A stretch of 64,000 nucleotides of DNA, taken from Escherichia coli (lineage in GTDB: Bacteria > Pseudomonadota > Gammaproteobacteria > Enterobacterales > Enterobacteriaceae). This document shows, one piece after another, positions 46,368-60,390 of the stretch. Each line of letters begins with the position of its first letter. Within the stretch, counting starts at the first letter, position 1. The notes beneath the pieces were generated by a model. The model searched no databases, was not told where the DNA came from, and was given only the letters and a program-made list of their open reading frames with translations. The position numbers and the translations under genes were made by a program. The stretch lies in NCBI RefSeq assembly GCF_044324875.1, contig NZ_CP172185.1; one strand, written 5' to 3'.

Positions 46368-48287
46368 ATGAGTAGCGCTTTTAACAACGATGGTCGGGAC
46401 ATATCTCCCTTAATTGCAACCTCCTGGGAGCGATGCATTAAGCTGATGAAACGGGAGACATGGAACGTACCACACCAGGCCCAGGGCGTGACATTTGCGT
46501 CTATTTATCGGCGTAAGAAAGCGATGCTGACGCTCGGGCAGGCTGCGCTGGAAGATGCCTGGGAATATATGGCACCGCGAGAGTGTGCGCTGTTTATCCT
46601 CGATGAAACCGCCTGCATTCTCAGCCGTAATGGCGATCCGCAAACCTTGCAGCAGCTAAGTGCACTGGGATTCAATGACGGCACGTATTGCGCCGAGGGA
46701 ATTATTGGTACTTGTGCGCTATCGTTAGCGGCTATCTCTGGTCAGGCCGTGAAAACGATGGCCGATCAACATTTCAAACAGGCACTCTGGAACTGGGCCT
46801 TTTGTGCAACGCCGTTGTTTGACAGCAAGGGCCGATTGACGGGAACAATAGCGCTGGCGTGTCCGGTTGAGCAAACTACCGCAGCTGATTTGCCGTTGAC
46901 GTTGGCAATCGCCCGAGAGGTCGGTAATTTACTGCTGACGGACAGTTTGCTCGCTGAAACTAACCGTCATTTAAATCAACTTAATGCCCTGTTAGAAAGT
47001 ATGGATGATGGCGTGATTAGCTGGGACGAGCAGGGTAATTTGCAATTTATCAACGCCCAGGCGGCGCGGGTCTTGCGCCTTGACGCGACGGCAAGTCAGG
47101 GAAGGGCAATCACTGAACTCTTAACGTTACCCGCCGTATTGCAACAAGCAATAAAACAGGCACATCCGCTCAAACACGTAGAAGCAACCTTTGAAAGTCA
47201 GCACCAGTTTATTGATGCGGTGATAACCCTTAAACCGATAATAGAAACGCAGGGAACCAGCTTTATTTTGTTGCTCCATCCTGTGGAACAGATGCGGCAG
47301 TTAATGACCAGTCAATTAGGAAAAGTCAGCCATACTTTCGCTCATATGCCACAAGAGGATCCGCAAACCCGCCGCTTGATTCATTTTGGTCGCCAGGCGG
47401 CGCGCAGTAGCTTTCCTGTCCTGCTTTGTGGAGAGGAGGGCGTGGGCAAGGCACTGCTAAGTCAGGCAATTCATAATGAAAGCGAGCGTGCAGCGGGGCC
47501 TTATATTGCCGTCAATTGTGAGTTATATGGTGATGCGGCGCTGGCGGAAGAATTTATTGGTGGCGATCGCACGGATAATGAAAATGGCCGTCTGAGTCGG
47601 CTGGAACTGGCGCACGGCGGCACGCTGTTTCTTGAAAAGATTGAATATCTGGCGGTGGAGTTACAGTCTGCTTTGCTTCAGGTTATCAAGCAGGGTGTTA
47701 TCACGCGACTGGATGCGCGGCGATTAATACCCATTGATGTCAAAGTGATTGCCACAACGACCGCGGACCTCGCAATGCTGGTGGAACAAAATCGCTTTAG
47801 TCGCCAGCTGTATTACGCGCTGCATGCATTTGAAATTACCATCCCGCCTCTGCGTATGCGGCGTGGCAGCATTCCGGCGCTGGTGAATAACAAATTACAC
47901 AGTCTTGAAAAACGCTTCTCTACGCGGCTGAAAATTGATGACGATGCCCTCGCTCGCCTGGTTTCCTGTGCATGGCCTGGCAACGATTTTGAACTTTACA
48001 GCGTCATCGAGAATCTTGCTCTGAGTAGTGATAACGGGCGCATTCGCGTCAGTGATTTACCTGAACATCTGTTTACCGAGCAGGCGACAGATGATGTCAG
48101 CGCCACCCGCCTTTCCACCAGTCTGTCATTTGCGGAAGTTGAAAAAGAGGCAATTATTAACGCAGCCCAGGTCACAGGCGGTCGCATTCAGGAAATGTCG
48201 GCTTTACTTGGAATCGGCCGCACTACGCTGTGGCGGAAAATGAAGCAACATGGCATTGATGCAGGGCAGTTTAAGCGCCGGGTATGA
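46368..48287 (+). CDS. dhaR: sigma-54-type (AAA+) transcriptional activator DhaR (639 aa)
   Basis: Recognisable sequence; divergent from dhaKLM. Confidence 0.9.
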   Translation: MSSAFNNDGRDISPLIATSWERCIKLMKRETWNVPHQAQGVTFASIYRRKKAMLTLGQAALEDAWEYMAPRECALFILDETACILSRNGDPQTLQQLSALGFNDGTYCAEGIIGTCALSLAAISGQAVKTMADQHFKQALWNWAFCATPLFDSKGRLTGTIALACPVEQTTAADLPLTLAIAREVGNLLLTDSLLAETNRHLNQLNALLESMDDGVISWDEQGNLQFINAQAARVLRLDATASQGRAITELLTLPAVLQQAIKQAHPLKHVEATFESQHQFIDAVITLKPIIETQGTSFILLLHPVEQMRQLMTSQLGKVSHTFAHMPQEDPQTRRLIHFGRQAARSSFPVLLCGEEGVGKALLSQAIHNESERAAGPYIAVNCELYGDAALAEEFIGGDRTDNENGRLSRLELAHGGTLFLEKIEYLAVELQSALLQVIKQGVITRLDARRLIPIDVKVIATTTADLAMLVEQNRFSRQLYYALHAFEITIPPLRMRRGSIPALVNNKLHSLEKRFSTRLKIDDDALARLVSCAWPGNDFELYSVIENLALSSDNGRIRVSDLPEHLFTEQATDDVSATRLSTSLSFAEVEKEAIINAAQVTGGRIQEMSALLGIGRTTLWRKMKQHGIDAGQFKRRV

Positions 48288-48386
48288 AAGACAGAAACGA
48301 TTTCTGATACATCAGAGTGATCTGTATTTCATTCCGGCGCACGCTAACAATTTTCAGCATCGTTTAAGGGCTTGTCTATCCCGCAC

Positions 48387-51254
48387 TTAAAAGCTGAATC
48401 GATATCCTCCGTTGACTTGCTTCTGATCAAAGAGGTTACCCTGCGTGTAATCCGCTTCGAGATAGAATGTGTGCTGTTTGTTATACTGTGCACTGACTCC
48501 CACGCCGTTATTCCAGCCATTACCTTTGAAACTGTACTTCTCCCGGGAGTTGTTCAACAGATATTCGGTATCCCCTGAAAACTCGCGGATAGCGCCAGTC
48601 TTCACATAGACATTCAGCTGGCTGTTGCCTGCGGTGATGTCATATCCCAGTATCATGCTGGCACGCCCCAGCAGCGATTCGTAGTGATTCAGATGTATAT
48701 TGAGGCCATTACTCGCCTTCATAGCCATCTCATTCTGGTGGCTGTATGTGAGCTGGGTTTGCGGCTCTATATAGAACCCATAACCAGTAGGGGTCAGGTT
48801 GAACCTCTGCCCGGCTTCCAGGGCGATACTCATTCCATTCGCAGTGCCGTTGGCATTAACGCCGTTGTTCTGACTGTCCAGTACGTGGAAACTATTTTTC
48901 TGGCGTGATGCTTTTACAACGAGATCGCTGTAAAAACCGCTGTGTGCCATGTAACTGGCGTACATTCCCATGTAGTCTGAACGTGCGGTACCGTCGCCTC
49001 CGCTATAGTCCGGCGATGCATGTGTTGAGCCAATATACAGACCGACATACAACGGCATTTCATCAGAGAGACGTTTATCCCCACCAAACTGGATACCGCT
49101 GTAACCCATGTCAAAGCCGCTCAGTTTGCCACTGGCAAAGGAGTCCAGGCTTCCCCCATAACTGCGCAACCAGATATTACCGTCTTTACTCTGATTTCGC
49201 AGGTCACCCATCCGTTGCATCAGCGTACGGTTTTCAACATAGTTCAATAAGTAACCGACATTGAGATAATTGCCGCCAGCATCTGCAGTCGTGGTGGGTT
49301 TAGGCGTGGGAGCGGGGGCAGGCGTAGGATCGGGGTTGACTATGGGAGGCTGAGCGGGAGCTGGTGTGGGTTCAGGATTAGGAGTCGGTTCCGGAACTGT
49401 CCCGGAAGCGTAAAGCTCCCAGTTAGTGCCATTTTTACGCACATCGTACAGATATCCCCCCAACTCAACCTGAGAAGACGCGCTGAACGAGGCCGCACCG
49501 TCAGTGGTTTTTACCACTGTCAGAACTTCATTTCCCGTTGTGGCCTCGCTGCCCTGGTTGCGGATAGCCAATACGTGATTACCAGCACTACTCCCGCTGA
49601 TATTCAATAAATCCCCTTTATTATTAACGCCATTACCCTCGCCAACAACATCAGCACGCATAATAAAGGTACTGTTACCGCTCAGGTTCTCTACGTTTAA
49701 TGTGGTAAATGTGCCGGCAGTTGACCCGTGGCTGGCAAAATCGACAGTTGAATGGCTCAGCGCCAGCGTGTCGAGATTAGAATTACTTGTTACGTTCCAG
49801 ACGCTGTTATTCATTGCAACGTCCAGTTTCCCGCCATTGACATTATCGCTGAGGGAAGAACCTGTCCAAACCGACCCAGGGTGCATATCCAGATTGATTA
49901 GCCCACCTTTGGAAAGAACGCTACCGTTGATAAGCATACGACCCGAGGCGTTGATGCGGCTGGCGGCATAACCATCGTCATGTTGCGTTGCGATGGCCAT
50001 CTGGTCGGGTGTACTCATATCAATGACCAGATCGCTCGTGAGGTCGATCTGGCTGTTGGTCATGGCATAAATTCCCCTGGCTCCTGCCGCGCCGGTGATA
50101 GCCAAACTGTCTCCGGTTATTCTACCGCCGCTGAGCGCCCACAAACCCAGCGCCAGACTGCCATTACGATCAACCGTAATATCGGTATTTTGCATGTTGA
50201 CAACAGCCGTTGCCGTCTGGGCTGAGGCACCATAAGAACCGCTGGAAAAGATGCTGTTTCGTTGCGCTGCCGTGCCAGAAAAATTGATTGTCGCGTCTGA
50301 ACCACTGGTTACGAGGCCACCGCCCTGCGCGGAAGAAATATGGCTATCAGCACCGATAGTGGTTGTACCACCACGAACTTCGACGCCATTTGCCGCGGCT
50401 CCAGTTACATCAACAGTGAGTGCATTCGCGCTCACCTGGCCAAAGCTCCAGAGGCCGTGTGCATTATCGCCATTGGTTTTAATGGTACTGTTTGTTCCGA
50501 GATCGACAACAGAGTTTTTCTGTACGTTTATCCCCATGGCGCTGTAGCCCTGAACATCGATTGTCAGGTCTGTCGCCGTAAAACGCGCAGCACCATTGGC
50601 GTTATTGCCGTTGAGACCACCGATATAAACACCTGTACTTCCATCGGTCTTGATTTTACTTCCGCTTCCAAGATCGACACTGGTGCCATAGTCATTGATT
50701 GTTAGGCCTATACCGTTCGAGTTTTCAATGGTGAATTGAGTGGCTGTTAGTGTTGAGCTATGTCTAATAATGATGCCGTCATCGTTACTCTTAATGGTGC
50801 TGCCTGTGCCTAAGTCAGCATGGGTATAGTCACCAATTAAATTAATGCCGATGGCAGAGGTTTGACCAACAACATCTACTGTAAGTCGGTTAGCTGTCAG
50901 GGAGCTGTTCTTGCCCTGAATAATGATTCCCTTTGCATATCCAGAGGCGTCGTTGACATTGACGGTGACATCATTACCCAGGTTGATATTGCCAGGCGTG
51001 TTTCCTGCTGGGGTCATTACACCATAGAGGTTTCCTGATGGATCGGCGGTATCTCCTGTAATTCTGTCACCATCATTAATAGTAATATTGGTGCCATTTT
51101 GACTTCCTAAATCAGCAGCTATCAGCAGGGGGGAAAAGATAATTGCATTCAAACCAATAGCGCCATATTTTATCAGTTGAATGGAGGGCGAACGGATTTT
51201 TAATTCAGCGAGACGATCGGCTTTGGTATTCCCATTGTGTTGTTTGATGCCCAT
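48387..51254 (-). CDS. ycgV: autotransporter adhesin YcgV (955 aa), apparently intact
   Basis: Signal peptide, repetitive passenger, Pro-rich linker, C-terminal beta-barrel ending ...VNGGYRFSF. Confidence 0.85.
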   Translation of the reverse strand: MGIKQHNGNTKADRLAELKIRSPSIQLIKYGAIGLNAIIFSPLLIAADLGSQNGTNITINDGDRITGDTADPSGNLYGVMTPAGNTPGNINLGNDVTVNVNDASGYAKGIIIQGKNSSLTANRLTVDVVGQTSAIGINLIGDYTHADLGTGSTIKSNDDGIIIRHSSTLTATQFTIENSNGIGLTINDYGTSVDLGSGSKIKTDGSTGVYIGGLNGNNANGAARFTATDLTIDVQGYSAMGINVQKNSVVDLGTNSTIKTNGDNAHGLWSFGQVSANALTVDVTGAAANGVEVRGGTTTIGADSHISSAQGGGLVTSGSDATINFSGTAAQRNSIFSSGSYGASAQTATAVVNMQNTDITVDRNGSLALGLWALSGGRITGDSLAITGAAGARGIYAMTNSQIDLTSDLVIDMSTPDQMAIATQHDDGYAASRINASGRMLINGSVLSKGGLINLDMHPGSVWTGSSLSDNVNGGKLDVAMNNSVWNVTSNSNLDTLALSHSTVDFASHGSTAGTFTTLNVENLSGNSTFIMRADVVGEGNGVNNKGDLLNISGSSAGNHVLAIRNQGSEATTGNEVLTVVKTTDGAASFSASSQVELGGYLYDVRKNGTNWELYASGTVPEPTPNPEPTPAPAQPPIVNPDPTPAPAPTPKPTTTADAGGNYLNVGYLLNYVENRTLMQRMGDLRNQSKDGNIWLRSYGGSLDSFASGKLSGFDMGYSGIQFGGDKRLSDEMPLYVGLYIGSTHASPDYSGGDGTARSDYMGMYASYMAHSGFYSDLVVKASRQKNSFHVLDSQNNGVNANGTANGMSIALEAGQRFNLTPTGYGFYIEPQTQLTYSHQNEMAMKASNGLNIHLNHYESLLGRASMILGYDITAGNSQLNVYVKTGAIREFSGDTEYLLNNSREKYSFKGNGWNNGVGVSAQYNKQHTFYLEADYTQGNLFDQKQVNGGYRFSF

Positions 51255-52011
51255 ACCACTCCTATATAGTACCCAGGCTATGGGTCTATGGATTTTGTCA
51301 TTTTGTTTAAGTCAATGAATAATATCCTCTTATCATCATGATATTTGTATGGTGCTATCATGATGAGCTGCTCTGAGAATAATTCTCTATTACCGGGCAA
51401 AATCAGGAACACAGGAATTAATATATATTTAACATCCCCCTTACAAAGGTGAGTTTAGATCGAGTTATTCCCTAAGTTGTCGTTACTTATTCCAATTCGT
51501 TACAATGAATATGACAAAAACATTACAACAAACAGCGGTTAAATAATTTGGTGAATATTTTTGGTAATAATCCTAATTGGTTATGGGATTTTCGCTTGAT
51601 GTATCTGCATAACAAAAACAATATGAGCCATTTTTGCATTACTAATAAGAAAAAGCAAAAAACATCGATATTCATTTTTGATCAATGGATTTTCTGGCAT
51701 ATCGTTATTATCGTGATACTGGTTATCATTTTCATCTTGCCAGGATCGCACGTAATCACGTTATTCGGGGATTTTATCTGCGGGATATTACCCTTCAGGT
51801 AAGTCCTTTTCTCGCCAGCATATTGGAGCGTGATCAATATTGATCAGCTGTAAAAAGGTGTCTGATGTGCAGTGGAACACAAACTTACGTTATCTCATTG
51901 CTAATGAGATATCCCTCATCTGAACACTTATGTCTTTAATTATTCTCGTGGTTCACTATAGGCAATAAGCACAAAAGTGTAGGATGTTATAAGAATGGTT
52001 AGGACTCGGTG

Positions 52012-52053
52012 AAATGAAAAATCCACGCAATTGCGTGGATTTTATATACTTTT
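52012..52053. terminator. bidirectional rho-independent terminator downstream of ychF
   Basis: Perfect 20-bp palindrome atccacgcaattgcgtggat flanked by A-run and TTTTATATACTTTT. Confidence 0.7.
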
Positions 52054-52099
52054 GCGCTCTTCATGAGATTTAGCGAAACCTCTTGAGACAACAAATTAA

Positions 52100-53191
52100 T
52101 TAGACGTTGAACAGGAAGTTCATTACATCGCCATCTTTAACGATGTAATCTTTGCCTTCTGCACGCATTTTGCCTGCTTCTTTCGCGCCTTGTTCACCTT
52201 TGTAAGTGATGAAATCTTCAAACGAGATGGTTTGTGCACGGATAAAGCCTTTTTCAAAATCAGTATGGATTTTGCCAGCGGCCTGCGGCGCGGTTGCACC
52301 AACCGGAATGGTCCATGCACGTACTTCTTTCACCCCAGCGGTGAAGTAAGTTTGCAGGTTCAGCAGCTTATAACCGGCACGGATCACACGGTTCAGGCCC
52401 GGCTCTTCCAGCCCAAGCTCCTGCATAAACTCGTCACGTTCTTCGTCGTCCAGTTCGGCAATGTCTGCTTCAACAGCAGCACAAACCGGAACCACAACAG
52501 AACCTTCTTTCGCCGCGATTTCACGCACCTGGTCAAGATACGGGTTGTTTTCAAAACCGTCTTCGTTGACGTTGGCGATGTACATTGTTGGTTTCAGCGT
52601 CAGGAAGCTCAGGTAACGAATAGCCGCTTTCTCTTCAGCGCTTAAATCCAGCGCGCGCAGCATACCTGCGTTTTCCAGCTGCGGCAGGCATTTTTCCAGT
52701 ACCGCCAGCTCGGCTTTCGCGTCTTTATCGCCACCTTTGGCTTTCTTCTGTACGCGATGAATCGCACGTTCGCAGGTGTCGAGGTCTGCCAGCGCCAGTT
52801 CGGTGTTGATAACTTCAATATCATCCGCCGGGTTAACTTTGCCGGAAACGTGAATGATGTTGTCATTTTCAAAGCAGCGAACAACGTGACCGATCGCTTC
52901 AGTTTCACGGATGTTGGTCAGGAACTGGTTACCCAGACCTTCGCCTTTCGATGCGCCTTTTACCAGACCGGCGATATCGACAAATTCCATGGTCGTGGGA
53001 AGCGTACGCTGCGGTTTTACGATTTCAGCCAGTTGATCCAGGCGAGGGTCAGGCATTGGTACGACGCCTGTGTTCGGCTCGATGGTACAGAATGGAAAGT
53101 TGGCCGCTTCAATACCGGCTTTGGTCAGCGCGTTGAACAGGGTAGATTTCCCGACGTTGGGCAAACCGACGATACCGCATTTGAATCCCAT
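52100..53191 (-). CDS. ychF: ribosome-binding ATPase YchF (363 aa)
   Basis: G-motif GLPNVGKST; recognisable sequence. Confidence 0.95.
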
Positions 53192-53307
53192 GATTTAAAT
53201 CACCTTAATATCTTAATAATCAAGCTGTTATTGCTAACAGATTGCAGAAATGGAAATAACTTTGCCTATTATACACGGCACTCGGCAAAAATGCCGCAGA
53301 CAACGAC

Positions 53308-53892
53308 TTATTGCGCTTTAAAGGCGTGCAATCGGTTCGTTGCTTTGGTCAAGCCATCTGTAAACCACATTTCAGTACAACGCGCCGCTTCGTCGATGGC
53401 TTCATCAATTAACTTCTGTTCACTAACAGGCGGTTTGCCTAATACAAAACCAACAACTTTATTTTTATCGCCCGGATGACCGATTCCGATGCGTAAACGG
53501 TGAAAGTTAGGGTTATTACCCAATTTACTGATGATGTCTTTCAATCCATTGTGACCACCATGGCCACCGCCCAACTTAAATTTGGCGACGCCAGGAGGCA
53601 GATCCAGTTCGTCGTGGGCCACCAGAATTTCGTCCGGATTAATGCGGAAAAAACTGGCCATCGCCGCAACGGCTTTGCCGCTGAGATTCATAAATGTAGT
53701 CGGGACTAACAGGCGGACATCTTCGCCTCCAAGGGTGACTCGCGAAGTATAACCAAAGAATTTAGCCTCTTCGCGCAGCGGAGCGCGCAATCGCTCTGCC
53801 AGTAAGTCAACGAACCAGGCACCAGCATTATGTCGCGTTGCGGCGTATTCAGCGCCGGGGTTCGCCAGGCCGACAATCAATTTAATCGTCAC
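53308..53892 (-). CDS. pth: peptidyl-tRNA hydrolase (194 aa)
   Basis: Recognisable sequence. Confidence 0.95.
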
Positions 53893-54169
53893 GTTTTTTT
53901 GTCCTGAGTGTGTACATAACTGGCGCGTAGTTTACTGGTTGCGGCCCCGCTTGACAAAAAACTGCGTATCAAATGCAGATAACGCAATAATTGCCTGAGT
54001 GGACTATTAGAAAGTCAAGGTGTTCAGGCGTTTATTTGTAAAGTTTTGTTGAAATAAGGGTTGTAATTGTGATCACGCCCGCACATAACCCACAGGGTGT
54101 TGTCTATACTTTACACATAAGGAAGAGGGGTATTCCCTGTTACAACCCAGAAAGTTCCGGAGGTGACAT

Positions 54170-54448
54170 ATGAAACGCAAAAACGCTTCGTTACTCGGTA
54201 ACGTGCTCATGGGGTTGGGTCTGGTGGTAATGGTGGTCGGCGTGGGGTATTCAATCCTCAACCAGTTACCACAGTTTAATATGCCCCAGTATTTCGCACA
54301 TGGTGCAGTGCTAAGTATTTTCGTCGGTGCCATTCTCTGGCTGGCGGGTGCCCGTGTTGGCGGGCATGAACAGGTGTGCGACCGTTACTGGTGGGTTCGC
54401 CACTATGACAAACGTTGCCGCCGTAGCGATAATCGCCGTCATAGCTAA
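54170..54448 (+). CDS. ychH: small membrane protein YchH (92 aa)
   Basis: Size and position. Confidence 0.8.
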   Translation: MKRKNASLLGNVLMGLGLVVMVVGVGYSILNQLPQFNMPQYFAHGAVLSIFVGAILWLAGARVGGHEQVCDRYWWVRHYDKRCRRSDNRRHS

Positions 54449-54502
54449 CAAATAATGCAGTTTGCTGACCAGTCAGTTTGCGCTGACTGGTCAATCTCGT
54501 AC

Positions 54503-56182
54503 TTATAAATCCGCCATCGCCGCGCGACGATTCGGGAAGAAAGCAAGGCGGCCCGGGATCGGTTGAATGCCTGCGCGAGCCATAGTGCGCAGTGGCTGGA
54601 ATTCCAGGTTGCACACGCGCAGTTCACATCCTTCGGGCAGACGCTTCACAAAACGCTGGAACGCATCAAGACCACCAGCATCAAGTACCGGAACGGCATC
54701 CCACTTCAGAATCACAATCCGTTTGCCTTCAAGACGTGACTCCAGGTCCGTGAACAAGCCTTCAGCGGCAGCAAAAAACAGCGGACCAATAACGCGCAGA
54801 ACCAGAACATCGTCTGGAACGTCTACGACTACCGGTGCCAGGCGAGTCATACGTGCGATACGACGCATAAACAGTAGCGATGCCAGCACGATCCCCACGC
54901 TGATGGCAATAACCATATCAAACAGCACAGTCAGCGACATGCACAGCAGCATGACGATGATGTCATCTTTCGGCGCATGACGCAGCAAGTCGACCACTTT
55001 GTGCGCTTCACTCATGTTCCACGCCACCATCAACAGCAGGGCAGCCATGGCGGAAAGCGGCAGCCAGGAGAGCAGCGGTGCCAGTACCAGCAGGGCAAGA
55101 ATAACCAGAATAGAGTGGATCACCGCCGAGATAGGGGAAGTTGCCCCGGCACGGACGTTAGCGGCAGAACGCGCGATGGCAGCTGTAGCGGTAATACCAC
55201 CAAAGAACGGGGCGATGATATTCCCCAGTCCCTGTCCAACCAGTTCGCTGTTCGCTTTGTGTTTCGTTCCGGTCATACCATCCAGTACCACGGCGCAGAG
55301 CAGAGATTCGATTGCGCCGAGCATTGCCATTGAGAATGCCGCAGGCAGCAGTGTGCGAATAGAATCCCAGGTGAGGGTAAATTCTGAATTGGGCAGGTCC
55401 CACGGTAGTACCAGTTGCGGCAGCAGTTGCGGAATACCGTTACCCTGAGAACCATCTGCCAGAACGTAGTGGAATTGCGATCCGATGGTAGCAACATGCC
55501 CGCCGAGCAGGTTAACAATCCCCATCACCGCGCAACCAGCCAGCAAGGCCGGAAGGTGACCAGGCAAACGAATGCCCAGACGCGGCCAGAAAACCAGAAT
55601 GCCAAGCGTCACAATGCCAATGGCAGCATCACCCACATTAATGGTCGGCAACGCCATAAATAATGCGCCGACTTTTTGTAGATAATGCTCCGGGACATGG
55701 GCCATTTGCAGACCGAGAAAATCTTTAATCTGCATGGTACCGATGGTGATCCCGATACCCGAGGTGAAACCTAAGGTCACGGAAACCGGAATATATTCAA
55801 TCAAGCGTCCAAAACGTGCCAGCCCCATCAGGATCAAAAAGACACCTGACATGAGTGTCGCGACCAGCAGTCCTGCCAGTCCAAACTGTTGCGAAACGGG
55901 ATAGAGAATTACCACAAATGCCGCAGTCGGACCGGAAACGCTAAAGCGTGACCCACCCGTCAGAGCAATGACAATCCCCGCAACAGCTGCGGTATATAAA
56001 CCGTACTGGGGTGCCACACCACTACCAATAGCCAACGCCATTGCCAGCGGGATAGCAATAATCCCGACGGTTATCCCGGCAATCAGGTCACGGGTAAACC
56101 GTGCGGCAGTATATTTTTCTTTCCAGCAAGCGTCGATCAGAGCGCGGAAAGGCATCACATGTGAGGAAAATATTTTGTTCAC
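54503..56182 (-). CDS. dauA: SulP-family C4-dicarboxylate transporter DauA/YchM with STAS domain (559 aa)
   Basis: Recognisable sequence. Confidence 0.9.
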   Translation of the reverse strand: MNKIFSSHVMPFRALIDACWKEKYTAARFTRDLIAGITVGIIAIPLAMALAIGSGVAPQYGLYTAAVAGIVIALTGGSRFSVSGPTAAFVVILYPVSQQFGLAGLLVATLMSGVFLILMGLARFGRLIEYIPVSVTLGFTSGIGITIGTMQIKDFLGLQMAHVPEHYLQKVGALFMALPTINVGDAAIGIVTLGILVFWPRLGIRLPGHLPALLAGCAVMGIVNLLGGHVATIGSQFHYVLADGSQGNGIPQLLPQLVLPWDLPNSEFTLTWDSIRTLLPAAFSMAMLGAIESLLCAVVLDGMTGTKHKANSELVGQGLGNIIAPFFGGITATAAIARSAANVRAGATSPISAVIHSILVILALLVLAPLLSWLPLSAMAALLLMVAWNMSEAHKVVDLLRHAPKDDIIVMLLCMSLTVLFDMVIAISVGIVLASLLFMRRIARMTRLAPVVVDVPDDVLVLRVIGPLFFAAAEGLFTDLESRLEGKRIVILKWDAVPVLDAGGLDAFQRFVKRLPEGCELRVCNLEFQPLRTMARAGIQPIPGRLAFFPNRRAAMADL

Positions 56183-56306
56183 AATAATGTTTCATCCGTG
56201 AGCGCATCATCTGTCAACTAAATGGCAGGTGAAGGAGGCATAGGTCATACAAATGGATATTACAGACAAAAAAACCCGCCGCAGCGGGTCTTTGAGCCGG
56301 GTTCGA

Positions 56307-57380
<1,074 letters not shown>

Positions 57381-57404
57381 TCACCGAAACTCAGCTTGCC
57401 CGGC

Positions 57405-58255
57405 TTAAAGCATGGCTCTGTGCAATGGGGAAAGATTAACGCCTTTCGCCACAAAGCCATTGAGCCATTCCGGGGCTTGCTCTAGCACCTGGCGGGCTTC
57501 AGACTCTGTATCAAATTCAGCAAAGACACAGGCCCCTGTCCCAGTCAGGCGCGACGGGGCGTATTCTAACAGCCAGGAAAGCACCGCATCAACCTCGCGA
57601 AAACGTTTTCTTGCGATAACCTCGCAATCATTGCTGAATTCACATTTTAGCAACGTTTCTATTGACCTTTTTGGCGTATTGCGCGGGAGTTCAGGATCTT
57701 TAAAAATCACTGGTGTCGGAATACTTACACCAGGGTGCGCCACCAGATACCACTTCTCTGGCGGATCCACCGGCGTTAGTATTTCACCAACGCCTTCGGC
57801 AAACGCGGCATGCCCCCGAACAAAGACAGGAACATCTGCGCCCAGCGTCAGCCCCATTTCCGCCAGCTCATCCATGCTTAGCCCGCATTGCCAGAGATGA
57901 TTTAATGCCACCAGGACCGTCGCGGCATTGGATGAACCACCGCCGAGACCGCCGCCCATCGGCAAACGCTTGTCAATGCTGATATCCGCACCGCTTCCCG
58001 TCGGAAGACGCCCGCTGTCTGCCGCAGTTTTCATCAACAATCGTGCTGCGCGAACGATCAGGTTATCTTCATGTTCCACGCCTTCAACGGGCGTTAACAG
58101 ACGAATATCCCCATCGTCACGAAGCTCAATGCTGATGGTGTCGCCGTAATCAAGAAACTGAAACAGCGTTTGCAGCGTGTGGTAACCATCCGCACGCTGA
58201 CCGGTAATGTATAAAAACAGATTAAGTTTTGCCGGAGAGGGCCACTGTGTCCGCA

Positions 58256-58256
<1 letters not shown>
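57405..58256 (-). CDS. ispE: 4-diphosphocytidyl-2-C-methyl-D-erythritol kinase (283 aa)
   Basis: Recognisable GHMP-kinase sequence. Confidence 0.95.
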
Positions 58257-58948
<692 letters not shown>

Positions 58949-59092
58949 CTATGTTCAAGTTGTCTTAATTGCCAGAATCTAACGGCTTTCGGCAATTACT
59001 CCAAAAGGGGGCGCTCTCTTTTATTGATCTTACGCATCCTGTATGATGCAAGCAGACTAACCCTATCAACGTTGGTATTATTTCCCGCAGAC

Positions 59093-60349
59093 ATGACCCT
59101 TTTAGCACTCGGTATCAACCATAAAACGGCACCTGTATCGCTGCGAGAACGTGTATCGTTTTCGCCGGATAAGCTCGATCAGGCGCTTGACAGCCTGCTT
59201 GCGCAGCCGATGGTGCAGGGCGGCGTGGTGCTGTCGACGTGCAATCGCACGGAACTTTATCTTAGCGTTGAAGAGCAGGATAACCTGCAAGAGGCGTTAA
59301 TCCGCTGGCTATGCGATTATCATAATCTTAATGAAGAAGATCTGCGTAAAAGCCTCTACTGGCATCAGGATAACGATGCGGTCAGTCATTTAATGCGCGT
59401 TGCCAGTGGGCTTGATTCTCTCGTCCTTGGCGAGCCGCAGATCCTCGGTCAGGTTAAAAAAGCGTTTGCCGATTCGCAAAAAGGTCATATGAAGGCCAGC
59501 GAACTGGAACGCATGTTTCAGAAATCTTTCTCTGTGGCGAAACGCGTTCGCACTGAAACAGATATCGGTGCCAGCGCTGTGTCTGTCGCTTTTGCGGCTT
59601 GTACGCTGGCGCGGCAGATCTTTGAATCGCTCTCTATGGTGACGGTACTGCTGGTTGGCGCGGGCGAAACCATCGAGCTGGTGGCGCGTCATCTGCGCGA
59701 ACACAAAGTACAGAAGATGATTATCGCCAACCGCACTCGCGAACGTGCCCAAATTCTGGCAGATGAGGTTGGCGCGGAAGTGATTGCCCTGAGTGATATC
59801 GACGAACGTCTGCGCGAAGCCGATATTATCATCAGTTCCACCGCCAGCCCGTTACCGATTATCGGGAAAGGCATGGTGGAGCGCGCATTAAAAAGCCGTC
59901 GCAACCAACCGATGCTGCTGGTGGATATTGCCGTTCCGCGCGATGTTGAGCCGGAAGTTGGCAAACTGGCGAATGCCTACCTTTACAGCGTTGACGATCT
60001 GCAAAGCATCATTTCGCATAACCTGGCGCAGCGTAAAGCCGCAGCAGTTGAGGCGGAAACTATTGTCGCCCAGGAAACCAGCGAATTTATGGCGTGGCTG
60101 CGTGCACAAAGCGCCAGCGAAACCATTCGCGAGTATCGCAGCCAGGCAGAGCAAGTTCGCGATGAGTTAACTGCCAAAGCGTTAGCGGCCCTTGAGCAGG
60201 GCGGCGACGCTCAAGCCATTATGCAGGATCTGGCATGGAAACTGACTAACCGCCTGATCCATGCGCCAACGAAATCACTTCAACAGGCCGCCCGTGACGG
60301 GGATAACGAACGCCTGAATATTCTGCGCGACGGCCTCGGGCTGGAGTAG
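59093..60349 (+). CDS. hemA: glutamyl-tRNA reductase (418 aa; start [11 protein letters not shown])
   Basis: Recognisable sequence; the track ORF opens 66 codons upstream. Confidence 0.95.
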   Translation: MTLLALGINHKTAPVSLRERVSFSPDKLDQALDSLLAQPMVQGGVVLSTCNRTELYLSVEEQDNLQEALIRWLCDYHNLNEEDLRKSLYWHQDNDAVSHLMRVASGLDSLVLGEPQILGQVKKAFADSQKGHMKASELERMFQKSFSVAKRVRTETDIGASAVSVAFAACTLARQIFESLSMVTVLLVGAGETIELVARHLREHKVQKMIIANRTRERAQILADEVGAEVIALSDIDERLREADIIISSTASPLPIIGKGMVERALKSRRNQPMLLVDIAVPRDVEPEVGKLANAYLYSVDDLQSIISHNLAQRKAAAVEAETIVAQETSEFMAWLRAQSASETIREYRSQAEQVRDELTAKALAALEQGGDAQAIMQDLAWKLTNRLIHAPTKSLQQAARDGDNERLNILRDGLGLE

Positions 60350-60390
60350 CAGTACATCATTTTCTTTTTTTACAGGGTGCATTTACGCCT

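Noticed and set aside
52757-53479. 240-aa plus-strand ORF spanning ychF and the ychF-pth spacer
   Set aside because: Antisense to ychF, no recognisable features.
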